DNA of 64,000 nucleotides from an uncultured bacterium (GTDB lineage: Bacteria; Fermentibacterota; Fermentibacteria; Fermentibacterales; JCC-6). The stretch is taken from NCBI GenBank assembly GCA_964386635.1, contig CAYLRO010000006.1, forward strand, positions 11,170 through 75,169, given 5' to 3'. Below are positions 63,301 to 64,000 of this stretch, piece after piece (position 1 is the first letter of the stretch; every line of letters starts with the position of its first letter). Below the pieces are notes generated by a model, which was not told where the DNA came from, made no database searches, and saw only the letters and a list, made by a program, of their open reading frames with translations. The position numbers and the translations under genes were made by a program.

Positions 63301-63917
63301 TTGGCTACGGCGGTCTTGATCATGTACTTGCTCAGGGCAAGAATGTGAACGTTCTCTGTTTGGATACCGGTGTCTACTCAAATACTGGTGGTCAGTGCTC
63401 CAAGGCAACACCCATGGGTGCTGTGGCCAAGTTCGCAGCAGCCGGCAAGCCAATGCCCAGAAAAGACCTGGCCATGATAAGCATGACCTACGGCAACATC
63501 TATGTGGCACAGATTGCAATGGGAGCAAACTGGAACCAGGCTGTAAAGGCATTCAACGAAGCTGAAAGCTATGACGGCCCCTCCATTATCCTGGCATACA
63601 GCCACTGCATTGCCCACGGTATTAACATGACCAGGGGAATGGATGATCAGAAGATGGCTGTGAACAGCGGCCTGTGGCCTCTTTTCCGATTCGATCCCAG
63701 ACGAATTGAACAGGGTGAATGCCCTCTCCAGCTTGACAGCAGGAAACCAGGCATTCCTTTCCACAACTTCGCAGAAACTGAAGTCAGGTGGAATTCACTG
63801 ATAAACAGCAACCCGGAACACGCAGAAAAGCTCATTGCAGCAGCTCAGAAGGATATCGACCGGAGATATCACCTCTACGAGCAGATGGCAAAAATGAACT
63901 GGACCGGTGGCGAATAG
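60384..63917 (+). CDS. por: Pyruvate:ferredoxin (flavodoxin) oxidoreductase, single-chain PFOR
   Basis: 1177 aa. N-terminus [38 protein letters not shown]. Two 4Fe-4S ferredoxin motifs ([24 protein letters not shown]). C-terminal TPP-binding domain ([15 protein letters not shown]). Confidence 0.92.
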   Translation: [1177 protein letters not shown]

Positions 63918-63938
63918 GCAATTTCGCCTGATTGCTCA

Positions 63939-63973
63939 GGGGGAGAGCTCGCAGCTCTCCCCCTCTTTTTTTT
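63939..63973 (+). terminator. Rho-independent terminator after por
   Basis: GGGGGAGAGC-TCGCA-GCTCTCCCCC perfect 10-bp stem followed by TCTTTTTTTT. Confidence 0.8.
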
Positions 63974-64000
63974 CAATCAGTCCGAAGGAGATTCAGGTGA

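Noticed and set aside
61656-63764. Several 60-190-aa ORFs on both strands inside the PFOR gene
   Set aside because: All lie within the 1177-aa por reading frame region. por has ferredoxin and TPP motifs in the annotated frame.

Overview
The window is a 64 kb chromosomal segment of a diderm (Gram-negative-type) bacterium, roughly 50-55% GC. No tRNA or rRNA genes, transposases, integrases or CRISPR arrays were seen. T9SS-type C-terminal sorting domains on several secreted proteins, an intact LPS/KDO/Lpt pathway, sigma-54 and PFOR suggest an FCB-group or candidate-phylum anaerobe.

The left ~11.5 kb is one minus-strand cluster. It runs beta-CASP RNase, outer-membrane protein, kdsB, kdsA, kdsC, kdsD, lpxL-family acyltransferase, lptC, lptA, lptB and rpoN, and ends in an archaeal-type gatD.

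Next is a plus-strand operon of a secreted HExxH metalloprotease, a lipoprotein and three large polytopic membrane proteins with TPR-like tails. One of these carries the DUF2723/TMEM260-like AHxPGYPLF motif. An acyl-CoA carboxyltransferase and biotin carrier pair follows. I rate this operon the best candidate for an undescribed system (glycosyltransferase-like).

A 15.5 kb minus-strand housekeeping run follows (manC, PMI, nadA, mnmA, apgM, purM, pfkB kinase, argS, rsfS, HIT, a short glmU-like gene, panDC, dNK, folKB, aminotransferase).

The right third is more accessory-like:
- a fused RecB/Cas4-like PD-(D/E)XK nuclease and XPD/DinG-like Fe-S helicase
- two tandem secreted paralogs sharing a 156-bp identical segment
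- a tightly coupled GNAT-GNAT-ChlI-ChlD operon without a ChlH/CobN partner
- aqpZ and an AT-rich mazEF-like toxin-antitoxin pair
- TPR and FG-GAP proteins, one FG-GAP gene broken by an in-frame TGA
- a highly acidic repetitive lipoprotein, rnhC, a DUF3108 protein, a GT4 glycosyltransferase, an aminotransferase with a TIGR01212-like radical SAM protein, asnS and a single-chain pyruvate:ferredoxin oxidoreductase.

All calls rest on motif recognition by eye from the ORF translations. No database searches were run.
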